Counted from the first letter of the whole stretch, positions 24,006-36,686 are shown. The stretch: DNA of 63,791 nt, filler included, from Octopus bimaculoides (GCF_001194135.2; 7 parts of 6 records of this genome joined end to end with filler, not necessarily neighbours in it), one strand, 5' to 3'. Made by a program: numbers and translations. The notes: generated from the sequence alone by a model not told the origin.

Positions 24006-24228
24006 TTCGTGTATTAGTATATACTGAGATAAGGTATGGTGCTGTGTAGTGGCATGTTATGCGTTATTATGTGTTGCTATGTCACCCTTAAACCAGCTCT
24101 GTTTGAACAGGCCCATAGCAGTAGGTAACTAGTCGAATACATGAATTAGTTGTATAGTGTGAAGTTGTGAGGTATTGTGTGAAGCAGTATTGTGAGGTAT
24201 GTTATACAGTATGGTGTATAAACTATGT

Positions 24229-24302
24229 GGAGGCGCAATGGCCCAGTGGTTAGGACAGCGGACTCGCGGTCATAGGATCGCGGTTTCGATTCCCAGACCG
24301 GG
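24229..24302 (+). mobile_element. SINE head A only (tRNA-like part)
   Basis: GGAGGCGCAATGGCCCAGTGG...GATTCCCAGACCGGG then unrelated sequence. Confidence 0.85.
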
Positions 24303-25539
24303 AATCGCTGAGTTACAGGTTTCATATGTTTAGTTCACTTCGTACTTCTGGTTTCCATCTGTATTCAATAATCTGGAGCATTCTTCGAGCAAACTAGGCA
24401 AACTGCGGCTCGTTGGACTTTCGAAATGGCTCACCTAATGAAAGGTTACCTTGAATTTTTTTTTTTTTTTTTAGTAGTATGACCTGCCTGGTGATAAGCC
24501 ATGTCTCATGTGACCCGCTTCTCGAGAAAGTTTGCCCATACCTGACCTGGAGTCTGATGAAAAAGTCCTCTACCAAAATCATTTGTTCATGGACGCTACC
24601 GAAATCAGTCTTCAGTTGTGACCCAATAACACTTTAAAGGTCACAGAATATTTTCATTTTTAACGTTACCTATGGTGTTGAGTTGTGCCGCTTGCCAGTA
24701 TTTTCAAGCAAACTCTTTACTCTTTAGTCAGTAGACCCAAGTTTCCAGCTGTATAGCAAGTTATCTAATTTCAGCTCTTGAACCTTTTCAGTGAATTCCC
24801 GACATTGTGCCTCTCTCCCCGGTCGGGAAAACGTTCAGATATTCTCGTACAAACTTTTAGCATTCATTTAAATAATCTATCTGCAAATCGACTTCTCATC
24901 TCGTAGGTCCTTTTAAAATCCTAAAATTAATAAAATTAGAATTAATAATTAACGCGAACGACGAGTGCGGTAAAAAAAAAAAAACCTTGCTTGTCGATAT
25001 TGTATCTCAGCTTCATTTCCCAGTTGCATTTTATTTACCTTACTAATACTGTTGGGAAAAGTACTTTCCTACGCTTCATTTCCCCTGAAATATAAACCAT
25101 TGATGTTAAAGAAATATCAAGAAATACACTTTAAGTCATAAGTAACTGAGGCTATTCAGTAGCAATAAGATGACGGCAACCCAAGTTTACAATGATACGA
25201 TTTCAACTTCTTGTTTTTTACAGTCATAGTGAAGACATGGTCTGATGTTTAGGGGCTTCTGATTATGACCATCAGATCATGAGTTCAATTCGTGGGTTGG
25301 TAACTTTTTTTCTTTTGCTCTTAAACAAGACACTTCATTCCACATTGTTCCAGTCTGTCCGGCGGCAATGAGTACTAACCGAATTCTGGTGCAACACTTT
25401 CTCCTCACAAGCTGTCATATCCTGTTTTGTTTCTGCGGATTCAAGGGTGAAGAAGGCCAATAGATTGCATTACCTTGCTTACGACTACACAGGCACCTAC
25501 AACAATTAGCGAAAGCATGGTACATATTCCACCACAAGG

Positions 25540-25825
25540 TCCAGTCCTTGTTGCGGTGATGCAGTTTGTGTGCCCCAGTGACAGCAGAATGCAAGCTCCA
25601 GGTTAGGGTCTCCCATGCTGTACAAGCCAAAGGATAGGGGCCAGACGAACATGAACCGTGTGTTCCCTGAGTTAAAATGGGTTTGCAAAGGACCAACAGA
25701 AGCAAGATCTGAGAGAGGAAGGCCTTTCTTACCAAAATAGGGAAACATTAGTAAAAGACAGTCGATATCAGTGGAGGAAAGTCGTCGATAGCTTATACTC
25801 CAGAGGGACGAAGAGCTTAAGTAAG
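25540..25825 (+). mobile_element. Bipartite non-autonomous RTE derivative, copy 1
   Basis: RTE 5' UTR-like AGGGTCTCCCATGC...GGCCAGACGAA joined within about 150 nt to ORF2-end-like CAGTGGAGGAAAGTCGTCGAT (QWRKVVD.LYS) and (TAAG)n tail; 5' limit uncertain. Confidence 0.6.
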
Positions 25826-25886
25826 TTGTAAGAAGGTATGGTACATACTACCAGTTCATACTAGCTCGAGGGTGACGACTGCTATA

Positions 25887-25997
25887 CAATAATGCCTCGA
25901 TATACGAGTTAATACCCGGAGAACACCTGTAAAGTGAAAACTCGTTAACAGAAAATAAAACTCGTAAAACGAGTCCACGTAATGTGAGGTATTACTG
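25887..25997. mobile_element. 111-bp Tigger/pogo-like MITE
   Basis: TA|CAATAATGCCTCG ... GAGGTATTACTG|TA (rc CAGTAATACCTC); internal CTCGT repeats. Confidence 0.65.
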
Positions 25998-26964
25998 TAC
26001 TTCGTTTTCAGTTCTGTAACTAATTCTTCTCGAAAAGGCATAAACGTCATGAAACCAGTAACTTTCACCTTCATAAATTTAAGGCCTGTCTTTCTCAGAC
26101 GAACAACAATCAGTGTGAATGGCTGTAAGTTTTTAGCGAATCGAGCCATCGACCATGACTTACTTTCAATTCCCAGCTGGAATCGATCTTTTTTTTGTTT
26201 GTGTACTATAGCTTACCGCCCAGTTCTTGCCTTTCAAAAGCCCCAATCAATAATCGATTTTTTTAAAGATTTGTTGTACTTGATACATTAAGCATGAGTA
26301 AGATTCCCATTAACTGCACGAGTTTTCTAAACTAGTTAAACATACACGATTTAGTTTCACTGAATTCATTTCTAATTAATTGAAAATAACAATAATTCGG
26401 TAAATAATTGAAGTGATTTTTTAACTGATGTGTTATTACGTTATTCTAACATGTTTACAGACCAATGGGTAGCCCCCCCCCCCCCCAAAAAAAAGAGTAA
26501 AAAATTAGGTTGCTCTTTGTAAATAGTCTTCTATCAAGGTTTGGCTCTCGGTCGAGTTTTAAGTTGTTAATACGCTTCAAAACTGTTTAAACGTCTATTA
26601 ACATGAAAGAAAAATAAGTGCTAAATTGTTGGATCAATACTAAAGGCATTGCTTTTATGTAATGATTCGCGGTTTTATTAGATGCCTACGGCTGGCTAAC
26701 TTACAAGAGGAATTCAGTCTACTGCGGTACGCTAAAATTCCTGTAGTTCCTTTAGTTTTATACCAGTAAAACTGTACCTCACTTGGCACCTCTTTGCAGC
26801 TTGATGGCTTGAGTTGCTATATACTGCATTATTACTATTATTATATTGCCTTATCACTAGCATTGTGTAATGCTAGCTATAAGCCAATGAACCTCAACCA
26901 GCTTGACATCTCTGCCAGCTTGTTGGTGTCTTATCGACTGGGGCAATTGCTATTCGCAAAATGT

Positions 26965-27210
26965 GGAGGCGCGTGGCTTAGTGGTTAGGGTGTTGGACTC
27001 ATGATCGTAAGATTGTAGTTTCGATTCCTGGGCCTAGCAATGCGTTGTGTTCTTCAGAAAAAAACACTTCATTTCACATTGCTCCAGTCCATTCTGCTGG
27101 CAAAAATGAGTAATCCTGTGACGAACCGGCGTCCCCTCCTGGTGGGGAATTTATACGCCATGAAACCGGGAAACCGACCCTTATAAGTCGGCATGACACG
27201 AGAAAGTAAC
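26965..27210 (+). mobile_element. SINE head B with tail type 1
   Basis: GGAGGCGCGTGGCTTAGTGG head, TTGCTCCAGTCC core, ATACGCCATGAAACCGGGAAACC tail. Confidence 0.85.
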
Positions 27211-27639
27211 TTTTTATCCATTTGCAAAATGAAAAAGAACTGAGATATAATATATATAATATAAGCTACAAAAGTTTTCTCTCTCTCTCTCNNNNNNNNN
27301 NNNNNNNNNNNNNNNNNNNNNNNNNNNNNNNNNNNNNNNNNNNNNNNNNNNNNNNNNNNNNNNNNNNNNNNNNNNNNNNNNNNNNNNNNNNNNNNNNNNN
27401 NNNNNNNNNNNNNNNNNNNNNNNNNNNNNNNNNNNNNNNNNNNNNNNNNNNNNNNNNNNNNNNNNNNNNNNNNNNNNNNNNNNNNNNNNNNNNNNNNNNN
27501 NNNNNNNNNNNNNNNNNNNNNNNNNNNNNNNNNNNNNNNNNNNNNNNNNNNNNNNNNNNNNNNNNNNNNNNNNNNNNNNNNNNNNNNNNNNNNNNNNNNN
27601 NNNNNNNNNNNNNNNNNNNNNNNNNNNNNNNNNNNNNNG

Positions 27640-28010
27640 TTAACGAGGATGGGTTATCTCCCTTGGAACAGTTCATCTGGGCCAAAAGAAGGGCAATAGC
27701 AACTCCGCCTTTAGACTGGTTTTGGTTGGGGGGGGGAACCTTTCTGGAGCTAATCGAAGAACGGGGAATCCCATGCTTGCAGCAGATGGCGTCTGAAATG
27801 TATGCAGGCACTGTAAACTTCCTGGCGAGTGTTCAGTAATCCTGGTTTAAGGGAGTCTTTGAGAATCCTTGCTCACTCATACGATATCAAGTGGAGGATC
27901 ATAGAGCGGCCGGATCCTACTTTAAGGTGAGCGGACTCTGCAAGCTTTACTTAGCTGAGCGAGCAAGGATCCTCATTGATTTTTGTTATAACGCTTCGAA
28001 TCTGAGACAC
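27640..28010 (+). mobile_element. Penelope-like element ORF relic (RT thumb/linker and GIY-YIG C-terminus)
   Basis: GGTFLELIEE resembles PLE GxxFLxLIDKHF; from 27880 YDIKWRIIER/AGSYFKVSGLCKLYLAERARIL resembles YxIKWxIxxxAxxY...CxLCLxEKxxI (Cys to Tyr is a one-base change); one frameshift. Confidence 0.55.
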
Positions 28011-29304
28011 CTGATGCAAACAAGAACGAGGTCAAAGACGAAGACTAGGTAGTGGGAATATATACCATATCTAGGGAGTTTTTGCTACCCCACTGGATAA
28101 TATAAAATAGTCTACAGTACGCTATGCCTGAAAAAAAAAAGACAGCATGGTCACGGATTGACTTCTTTGATTACACGTTTGCTCATTCATGGGACTAAAG
28201 TGTAAAACGCAACACTAGTTGCTCCATACTCTCAAATAATATGTAAGTCACACTATCCTTTCTTATTTTGTGTGTAATCAGTTTAAAATCTTATCTTTGT
28301 GCAATATGTCTTTATCAAGTAAGCCAAGTAGAACACATTTTTTCTCCGGGTTATTAACTACAGTCGTGAACAATAGACACATGAAATAAACGAGGTAAAA
28401 TGGGGCGACTAGAAAATATACTCTACTCATCTGAAACTCAACACCGCTCTCCTGCACTCTCCCACCGCGACGTTATATACTATTACGCTACTTTACTCTC
28501 CTAGATCTTTATATTTCTAAATCTATGCAGGCAGTGGAGTGGAAGAATTGTCAGAGCCTTGGACAAATATCTCACAGTATTTGTTCCGATACTTTATTCC
28601 CGAGTTTAGATTCGAACAAGAAAATACTTGGGTCGATTTAATCGTCTTTCACTAATTACAAAATTTCTGGCTTAATGTTTACGTTAGAAATTAATCAATA
28701 ACATTTTACTACGGCCTACGTATATAACGCTTTTACTAAGGAACGAAACCGAAGAGTTAATCTATTATGGATACATTTATATTAATTATTCATAAGACAA
28801 CCTACTGTTAAATATTTTAAATGATTCAGAAGTTCGTTTAACAACTTCGAGATTCCAGGTACGATCCATGCATTGTGAATGAATTTGGGTAAACGGAAAA
28901 CTGTAGAGGCCTACCGGGTGGATTACACCTGTAATTCAGATGGCACAGGCTTCGAAGAGAACCCTAAGGGTACGCGCACGTCTGAGAAAAAAAACATATT
29001 TTGCGCATCATTTCAGAAACGATTGTTTCAGAATTAGGTTATTCGGTTGATCGACCAATTGAGTCTCCGTCGACAGAGATACGTTACCGCTACCATGTGC
29101 ATGTGTGTGTGTGTGTGTGTGTACGTGTGTGTGTGTGTGTGCGTGTGTGTCTGCGTGCGTGTGTGTGTATGCGTGCTTGTGTGTGTATGCGTGCTTGTGT
29201 GTATGCNNNNNNNNNNNNNNNNNNNNNNNNNNNNNNNNNNNNNNNNNNNNTTAATTAATTAANNNNNNNNNNNNNNNNNNNNNNNNNNNNNNNNNNNNNN
29301 NNNN

Positions 29305-30340
29305 NNGGAAAATAGGTATTTTTTAATGAAACTTTATACAGATACCTTTCAAATGGTGTAGATTACCATTACAAAAAAATTTGTTGGCAAATGTTTTGGA
29401 AGGGAGTGGGAGGGAGTATCTAGAAAATGGAGTTTCAGATCAGATGGCCCACGTAAGTTGGAATTTCTCCATTTTGATATGGATTTTTCCCAATGTTTTT
29501 CACCAAAGTCTTCAGAATGATGGAAGTCATCTTTTCACGAAAAAAAAAAAACATTTTGAAAATTTATTTTCTTACACTCCTGCCACCCTAGTCCAAAACA
29601 ATATTTTTTTTATCCCCACCCCCGCTGGGCCACAGAAATAAATACAAGTGACACACCAAATAAAATTAATTCCTCTGTACACTCATTCCTCCAATTTCTA
29701 CCCCTTCAGTTTTTCACCACCACCATCATCGCCACCACGACCTATCGATACTACCACTACTATAAACAATACTACTACCTCCGTCTCAACCCTTACCACA
29801 ACTGCCAAAACTATTTTCTTTGCCAAATAAATAAACAATAACCATCCCGAAATACAGCAATATCTGTTTCAACATACGGCTTCACATCATGAATTTTGCA
29901 ACACAAATTCATTTGTCTAGCTCAGAGGTTCTCAAAAGTTTGGGCCGCCGCCCTTCGCATAGCCACATAATACACTCGGCGCCCCTACCCCTATTTTTAG
30001 TTATAAATAAATATTTTATATTTTACTAATTAATATATACTATGAATCATTTGATATTTAGGCATAACTACAGAATTGTACCCCCCAGACTTTGGAAGGT
30101 CATAACTTTCAGAGAAGTGAATATTTTTTAATGAAATTTTCTATGCATATATTATTTATTATGTAGATTCTGAATATACAAAAATTTTCGGTGAAAGTGT
30201 TTTGGAATGGGGGTGGGGGACAATTTTCGGAAATTCCAACAGAGTCCACTTAAATTCCTCTTAACTTCCAGGAAAATGAATATTTTTTCGTGAAATGTAG
30301 TTATGCCGATATCTAATATAATATTATATAACTTATATAC
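29305..30340. repeat. Unclassified interspersed element with recurrent GGCATAACTACAGAA / GGAAAAT..TATTTTT.ATGAAA blocks
   Basis: 30057-30180 aligns with 5036-5160; the motif recurs at 29307 and 30270. Confidence 0.5.
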
Positions 30341-30869
30341 AATACTATAATAATATTATTAGAAATTCATAGCGTCCCTCATTCACTGCCTTCCTCCCAA
30401 CACCTCCATTTTCTTTACTGTCCCCTTAGGCACCAGCGCCCACCTGGACCGTCACAACACCCACCGGGGGGGNNNNNNNNNNNNNNNNNNNNNNNNNNNN
30501 NNNNNNNNNNNNNNNNNNNNNNNNNNNNNNNNNNNNNNNNNNNNNNNNNNNNNNNNNNNNNNNNNNNNNNNNNNNNNNNNNNNNNNNNNNNNNNNNNNNC
30601 TTTGAGGGCCTATGGTCCACCTCGTAAACATCTAGCGTCTTGCTAATTTGAGAACACAGATTTCGTGGTAGGACGGTTTGACGTCTATTTTTAGCATACA
30701 AGGGATCCACTTAGTGGTCTCTCCTCTTGTTTATTTCATCTTATTTTACTGGAGAGCAGAAGATGTGGGTGTGTCTGTCACATGACACTTCCATTTCTGC
30801 TGCAGACATTTTCGGATGACGATATCGAAATTTGTCTTTTAACTTTCAAAGATTTGCAGTGACTAAATC

Positions 30870-31407
30870 TATTTTTGCTCTAACCATTCATTTATATAGC
30901 ACAAGAGGTAAGTTACGCCGAAAGAATACCTACCTGCGCCATTATTATATTTTGACAATCTTTATCTTTTGTTAGAAAGCTGACACATCTATTTTTTTAT
31001 TCTAACTCATTTTGCGTCTTATAAAGTATTTACAAATCGTTTTTTGCTGTTTTTGTTTAGAGATGGATAAGTCGGAAATTCGTACAGTTTTGAAATACGA
31101 GTTCTTTCTTGGAAATACAACATCACAGGCAGCTCGGAATATTAATGGAGTGTTTCATTCTCATGTTATTACACAGCAGACAGTATCAAATTGGTTTGCA
31201 AAATTTCGTTCTGGTAACTTCGGCCTCACAAATGAGCAACGTGGTCGACCAGAAACAAAGGTGGATAATGACGAACTGAAAGCTTCCGTCGAATTAGATC
31301 CATCTCAAAGTGCCCGCGAATTGTCGTTGTTGTTTGGTGTTAGCAAACAAACAATATTGACTCACCTAGTTCAAATCGGTAAAGTGAAAAAGTTGGATAA
31401 GTGGGTT
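30870..31407 (+). mobile_element. Mariner transposase 5' fragment, Hsmar1/cecropia-like
   Basis: ATG 31063: MDKSEIRTVLKYEF...AARNINGVF...WFAKFRSGNF.L.NE.RGRPETKVDNDEL...HLVQIGKVKKLDKWV, truncated exactly at the WVPHEL motif. 5' limit approximate. Confidence 0.9.
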
Positions 31408-31977
31408 AATAATGTTTCAAGAAACAAGACGAAAAAATTACAAAAAATATCTAAGAAATAATATACGATTCATATAAACAATTACATAAAAGATTAAGTA
31501 TAACAATTGTAAAGAAAATACATAAGCATAAAACAGATTTATGTATATATCTATGTATGTGTGCGGGTAACCGTGTGTATGAATGACTATGTACGTGGGT
31601 GAATGACTATATGTATTCAGCTGTCGAGAGAATGAAAGTCGGTCTTGAACATCAAAGCGTGTGTTGTATATATCAAAACAAAAAATAAATACATAAAATC
31701 TTTTTACGGATTTTATTCTTTCGAAAAAATGCAATAGGCATACATGTATATCTTTCTATAGTATATATATATATGTATGTATGTATTTGTTAGAAAAGTT
31801 AAGGCAACAAAAGAAAGAAAGAGACTTCGATATTATGTAAATACAGATATGTAATTACATATATATATATATATATANNNNNNNNNNNNNNNNNNNNNNN
31901 NNNNNNNNNNNNNNNNNNNNNTTAATTAATTAANNNNNNNNNNNNNNNNNNNNNNNNNNNNNNNNNNNNNNNNNNNN

Positions 31978-32200
31978 AGAGAGAGAAGAAGAAGAAGAAG
32001 AAGAAAATGAGGAAGAAGAAGAAGGAGGACGAAGAGAAGAAGAAGAAGAAGAAGAAGAAGAAGAAGAAGAAGAAAAAGAAGAAGAAGGGGACGAGAAGAA
32101 GAAGAAGAAGAAGAAGGAGGACGAGGAGAAGAAGAAAAAGAAGAAGGAGGAGGAGGAGGAGAAGGAGGAGGGGAGGGAGAGAAGGGGGAAGAAGAAGAAG

Positions 32201-32229
<29 letters not shown>
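31978..32229. repeat. (GAA)n/(GGA)n purine tract
   Basis: Direct reading; gives poly-K/R/S/L ORF artefacts. Confidence 0.95.
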
Positions 32230-32231
<2 letters not shown>

Positions 32232-32721
32232 GTATACCGAAGACTTGATCCTTAATTTTAGCAGCCTTGAAACTATAATATCCATTGAAAGATGTGATAA
32301 TCTTAGGGGATTGTCCGCCTTTTCATCTCCTTGGCTGACAAAGTGTATTTTAGATTGACATGGAATGTGTCTTTGCGTGTATATATGTATGTAAGCGTGT
32401 GTATGTAAACATACGTGTATGTGTGTGTGCGTGCGTGCACGTGTGTGTGCATATGTAACTGTTTAGATGTATGACTTTTTATATTAATGTAGCTATGTGT
32501 TTGTGCGTGTGTGTGTGGGGGGGGGGTGCATTTGCCCCTTTGTTCTCGAGAAAATGAAACAAACACTCGAAATATGCAGTTATTAAAACGAAGAATTCCT
32601 TTTCTAAGCCAAGTGCCATGTCCTTGGAAAAGATAATTACGCTTACTTACTCGTTATCTAATTAAACTAATTATCTAATTAATAATTACCATTATTGTTA
32701 TCATTATTAACGTCGTGATGT

Positions 32722-33270
32722 AAGACGGTGAGCTGGCAGAATGGTTAGCACGCTGGACGAAATGTTTAGCGGTATTTCACCCGTCTGAGTTCAAACTCCG
32801 CCCAGGTCGACTTTTCCTCTCGGGGTCGATAAATTAAGTACCAGTGAAACACTGGAGTCGATGTAATCGACTCAACCCACCTCCCCCGAGCTGTCTAGCA
32901 GAATCGTTAGCGTGTCGGAAAAAAATGTTTAACGGCATCTGGTATGTCTGTACGTTTTGAGTTCAAATTCTGCCGTGATCAGCTTTGCCTTTCAACATTT
33001 TGGGTCGATGCAGTAAGGACCGGTTGAACACTATGTAATGGACGATTCTTCTCCCACAAAATGGCAGACCTTGTCCCTACAGTAGAAAGGATTATTATCA
33101 TTATTAATGTTGTGAAGGCAACGAGCTGGTAGAATCGCTTCTGGCTCTTTATTTTCTGAGTTCAAATGCCGCCTTTCATCCTTTCGGGGTCGATAAAATA
33201 AAGTAGCAGTCAAGTACTGGAGTCGATTAAATCCTCATACCCTCTCTATTCAAAATTGCTGGCTTTGTGC
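32722..33270 (+). mobile_element. Three tandem diverged SINE family C copies
   Basis: Heads at about 32722, 32890 and 33115, each with GAGTTCAAA and GGGTCGAT modules. Confidence 0.8.
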
Positions 33271-33314
33271 TAAAACTGGAAAAATTATTAATGATGACGT
33301 GAGGGCAGTATCGA

Positions 33315-33460
33315 AGGCGCATGCCTCAGTTGTTAGAGTGTCAGGCTGATAATCGTGAGGTTGTTAGTTCGATTCCCGAACCAGCCTTTGTATTGTGTTC
33401 TTAAGTAAGACACTTTATTTCACGTTGCCCCAGTTCTCTCGTCTGTAGAAATGAGTTGCG
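33315..33460 (+). mobile_element. SINE head B fragment
   Basis: AAGGCGCATGCCTCAGTTGTTAGAG...GTTCGATTCCC...AAGACACTTTATTTCACGTTGC. Confidence 0.72.
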
Positions 33461-33604
33461 ACACTATGTATTCCGAGTTTACAATGGAACGAGATCCTAT
33501 GTCGTTAATTAATCTGTTAGTTAAAAAGGCGAAATTTCTTTAAAAAGTTTGTGTGTGCGTATGATAAGTAGAGTTCGAGTCGGTGTAAATGTTCTATCTT
33601 GTAA

Positions 33605-33795
33605 CTTTTCTACTCTAGGCACAAGGCCCGAAATTTTGGGAGATTTGGGGCCAGTCGATTACATTTGACTGGTACTTAATTTATCGATCCCCGAAAGGAT
33701 GAAAGGCAAAGTCAACCTCGGTAGAATTTGAACTCAGAACATAAAGACAGACGAAATACCGGTAAGCATTTCGCCCGGCGTGCTAACGTTTCGGC
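33605..33795 (-). mobile_element. SINE family C
   Basis: TCTAGGCACAAGGCCCGAAATTTT...GGCGTGCTAACG, collinear with 23461-23669. Confidence 0.88.
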
Positions 33796-34659
33796 TCTCA
33801 CGTCCAGCGTTCGATCATGTGACATGATATTCATTCATTTCATTTCAAAGCTCTGTAGCACACAATATCCGCTTGTCACCTGATCGCCTGACATTTCGCT
33901 TCTGCCGCCTTGCTTCAGGCAATTCAACAGTCCATTATTATGTGTAATAGAAACGCACACACATACCTACACGCGCGCGCACACACATACATATAAAAAC
34001 ACACACGTACACACACACACACACACACAACACATATATGTATGCACATATCTATGTGTGTGTGTATAAACTTAAGTACGTACGTACGTACACGAGTACA
34101 TATGTACAAATGTAAAGTGGTTCGGTAGTTGCAGGAAGTTGAGAAGTGTGGAACGATCTCTTGGAGACTATTATTCCCAGGTCTACTCTAACCCGGAGTG
34201 GTACCAACTGTGGATCTTTTTCTGTTTGGCTGCATCTGTGGAAAATTTAAAGTTTTGTGAAAATCTTCAAAATTGGTGTATTGATGTAAGTTTCCACGCT
34301 GAATCTCAGGGGCTAATTCAATACTTCCAGATGAATTCTTAAAAAAAGTTACAGAGGTTTAAAGTTTGATAATTTTTACCCAATCAGAAAACAGTATTTG
34401 GAAGCTATAATTTTGTGCGTGACTGCACGTGTTGTCAACTGTAAGCAAATGAAATACTGGCGGAATTCTACTTTACCCGCCATATAACCTCTCGTAACTT
34501 TTTCATTTAAAAAACATTTTCAGAATATTGTTGCAAATTTGTATTCTACACACGCAATTCATACGATTATGCAAAAGAAAAAAATATTGGTACGTGATTT
34601 AAAGCCCATTTAGCTATTATTTTTAGCACATGTCACGACCATCTCATACCACATCTCGA

Positions 34660-34755
34660 CAGGATGAAAGGCAAAGTCGACCTCGGCGGAATTTGAACTC
34701 AGAACGTAAAGACAAACGAAACACCGCTAAACATTTCGTCCGGTTACCGCCTTAA
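34660..34755 (-). mobile_element. SINE family C fragment
   Basis: AGGATGAAAGGCAAAGTCGACCTCGGCGGAATTTGAACTCAG. Confidence 0.82.
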
Positions 34756-35167
34756 CAACAATAACAACATGAGGGTTGCCTGTTAATAGAACCCACACCA
34801 GGTTTCTTTTCCTCCCACCTGGTTCAGAAGGTCTGAAAAGGGTAAAGAAGTTTCCTCTTCCTCCTCTGACTAAGAAAGGATAATATTTTAAAATGGAAAT
34901 TTATGCATATTCTATTCAGTGAACACACTTACGTGACCCAGCGTATAAAGCCGGATGATCTGGAGATTTGAACCAGTCGTTTGTTGCGTGGGAAGATATC
35001 TGGTTTGATATCTGGTTTTTACGACGGTTATAGAAGTTGGACATAGTTTCATGGAGGCGTTAAGATTATTTTAAGCCGCGCTTCTTGTTATGTAAACTTT
35101 GCTTTGAAGCAAAATATATCTAGGTGTTGTTTTATTTACCGTAAAATTGTTGTTGTGGTTGTTGCTG

Positions 35168-35504
35168 CAGTGGTTAGGGCAGCGGACTCGCGGTCATAGG
35201 ATCGCCGTTTCGATTCCCAGACCGGGCGTTGTGAGTGTTTATTGAGCGAAAACACCTAAAGCTCCACGAGGCTGTACTCTTCCACCACAACTTTCTCTCA
35301 CTCTTACTTCCTGTTTCTGTTGTGCCTGTAATTCAAAGGGTCAGCCTTGTCATACTCTGTGTCACGCTGAATATCCCCGAGAACTACGTTAAGGGTACAC
35401 GTGTCTGTGGAGTGCTCAGCCACTTGCACGTTAATTTCATGAGCAGGCTGTTCCGTTGATCGGATCGACTGGAACCCTCGACGTCGTAAGCGACGGAGTG
35501 CCAA
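35168..35504 (+). mobile_element. SINE head A/tail 2 with small internal deletion
   Basis: CCACGAGGCT|GTACTC deletion at a GCT microhomology. Confidence 0.9.
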
Positions 35505-35598
35505 GAGAGATTATTATTATTATTATTTATTTATTTATCTATTATTTTGTTTATGTGAGCCAGCATTATCTGTGTTCGTTCGTTATTTAAGAGTGTGT

Positions 35599-35908
35599 GA
35601 AGGCGCGTGGCTTAGAGGCTAGAGTATTCGGCTGACGGTCGTGAGTTCGATTCCTGGCGGCGCGTTATGTCCTTGAGCAAGACACTTTATTTCACATTGC
35701 TCCAGTACACTCAACAGGCAAAAATGAGTTGTTCCTGTATTTCAATGGGGCCAGCCTTGTCACACTGTGTCACGCTGAATCTCCCTGAGAACTATGTTAA
35801 GGGTTAGCGTGACTGTGGAGTGCTCAGCCACCTGCACGTTAATTCCACGAGCAGACTACTCCGTTGATCGGATCAATTGGAATCCTTGCCATAACCAACA
35901 GAATGCCA
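35599..35908 (+). mobile_element. SINE head B with tail type 2
   Basis: GAAGGCGCGTGGCTTAG head, GTCCTTGAGCAAGACACTT core, CCTTGTCACACTGTGTCACGCTGAAT tail. Confidence 0.88.
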
Positions 35909-36686
35909 GTTTTTTTTTATTCATTTAACAGAGTAGATCGTACTTTATGGGCTACTATTTCTAGAAGGTCAAGATGGGTGACGTAGAGGTTGCCTAGTTG
36001 GGTTGTTCTTGATGTAGTCGTTTCCTTTTGATTTATTTTTTTTAGAAGTTTTCGTAGAGGAATTAGATACAATAGGTTTGGGCCGGTTTAAGCACTAAAG
36101 GGTTAAAAAGTGCCAAAACTACAGAATCAACTTTTTTGGCCTTTTTGAGGGCTTTAAAACCCAAAAACTATAGTTTTTTTTTTTGCTCTTGAGTTAGAAA
36201 ATTTTGATTTTATAATTTTAAATTTTAAAGGGCCTTAAAAGGCTAATTACATAGTTTTGGCCCTTTTTAAAGACTTTTAAAAAGGTTTTAGAGCTAGAAA
36301 AGGGTTAAAAAAAAAAATGAAAGGAAACAATATTAATATTAAACTAAAAACGGTAGTAACTTTTAAACGTTTACAAGTTTTTATGAAATTTGGGGGTTAA
36401 CGGATTTGAGGTAACGGGTTAACTAGTCCGATAATGATCTTCAAAGTTTACCAAAAAGTTAAATCGTTAACGAAAATGCTAACTTCGTCAATCAACAATT
36501 AACGAACTTACGCCCAGTTCCGTATATAAATATATATGAAACAAATTTAGATTTTTTTATCGTTAAGTAAAGATTCATCTAAATATCTCTCTTATTCATG
36601 ACTATATTTATTTATTTAAATCTTTATATTTATATATTCTTTTACATGTTTCAGTTATTTTTACTGCGGCCATGCTGGAACAATAT

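Noticed and set aside
24394-24900. Minus-strand frame with scattered stops (EAQCREFTEKVQELKLDNLLYSWKL...)
   Set aside because: No recognisable family; four or more stops; cannot distinguish from chance.
26000-26300. Minus-strand peptide KSIIDWGF*KARTG...SWS faintly like PLE RT
   Set aside because: Similarity too weak to support by eye.
34927-35060. Strong minus-strand donor (CAC|GTAAGT) with open frames, one containing VVKTRYQ (mitochondrial-carrier-like)
   Set aside because: No usable acceptor in that frame and no partner exons.
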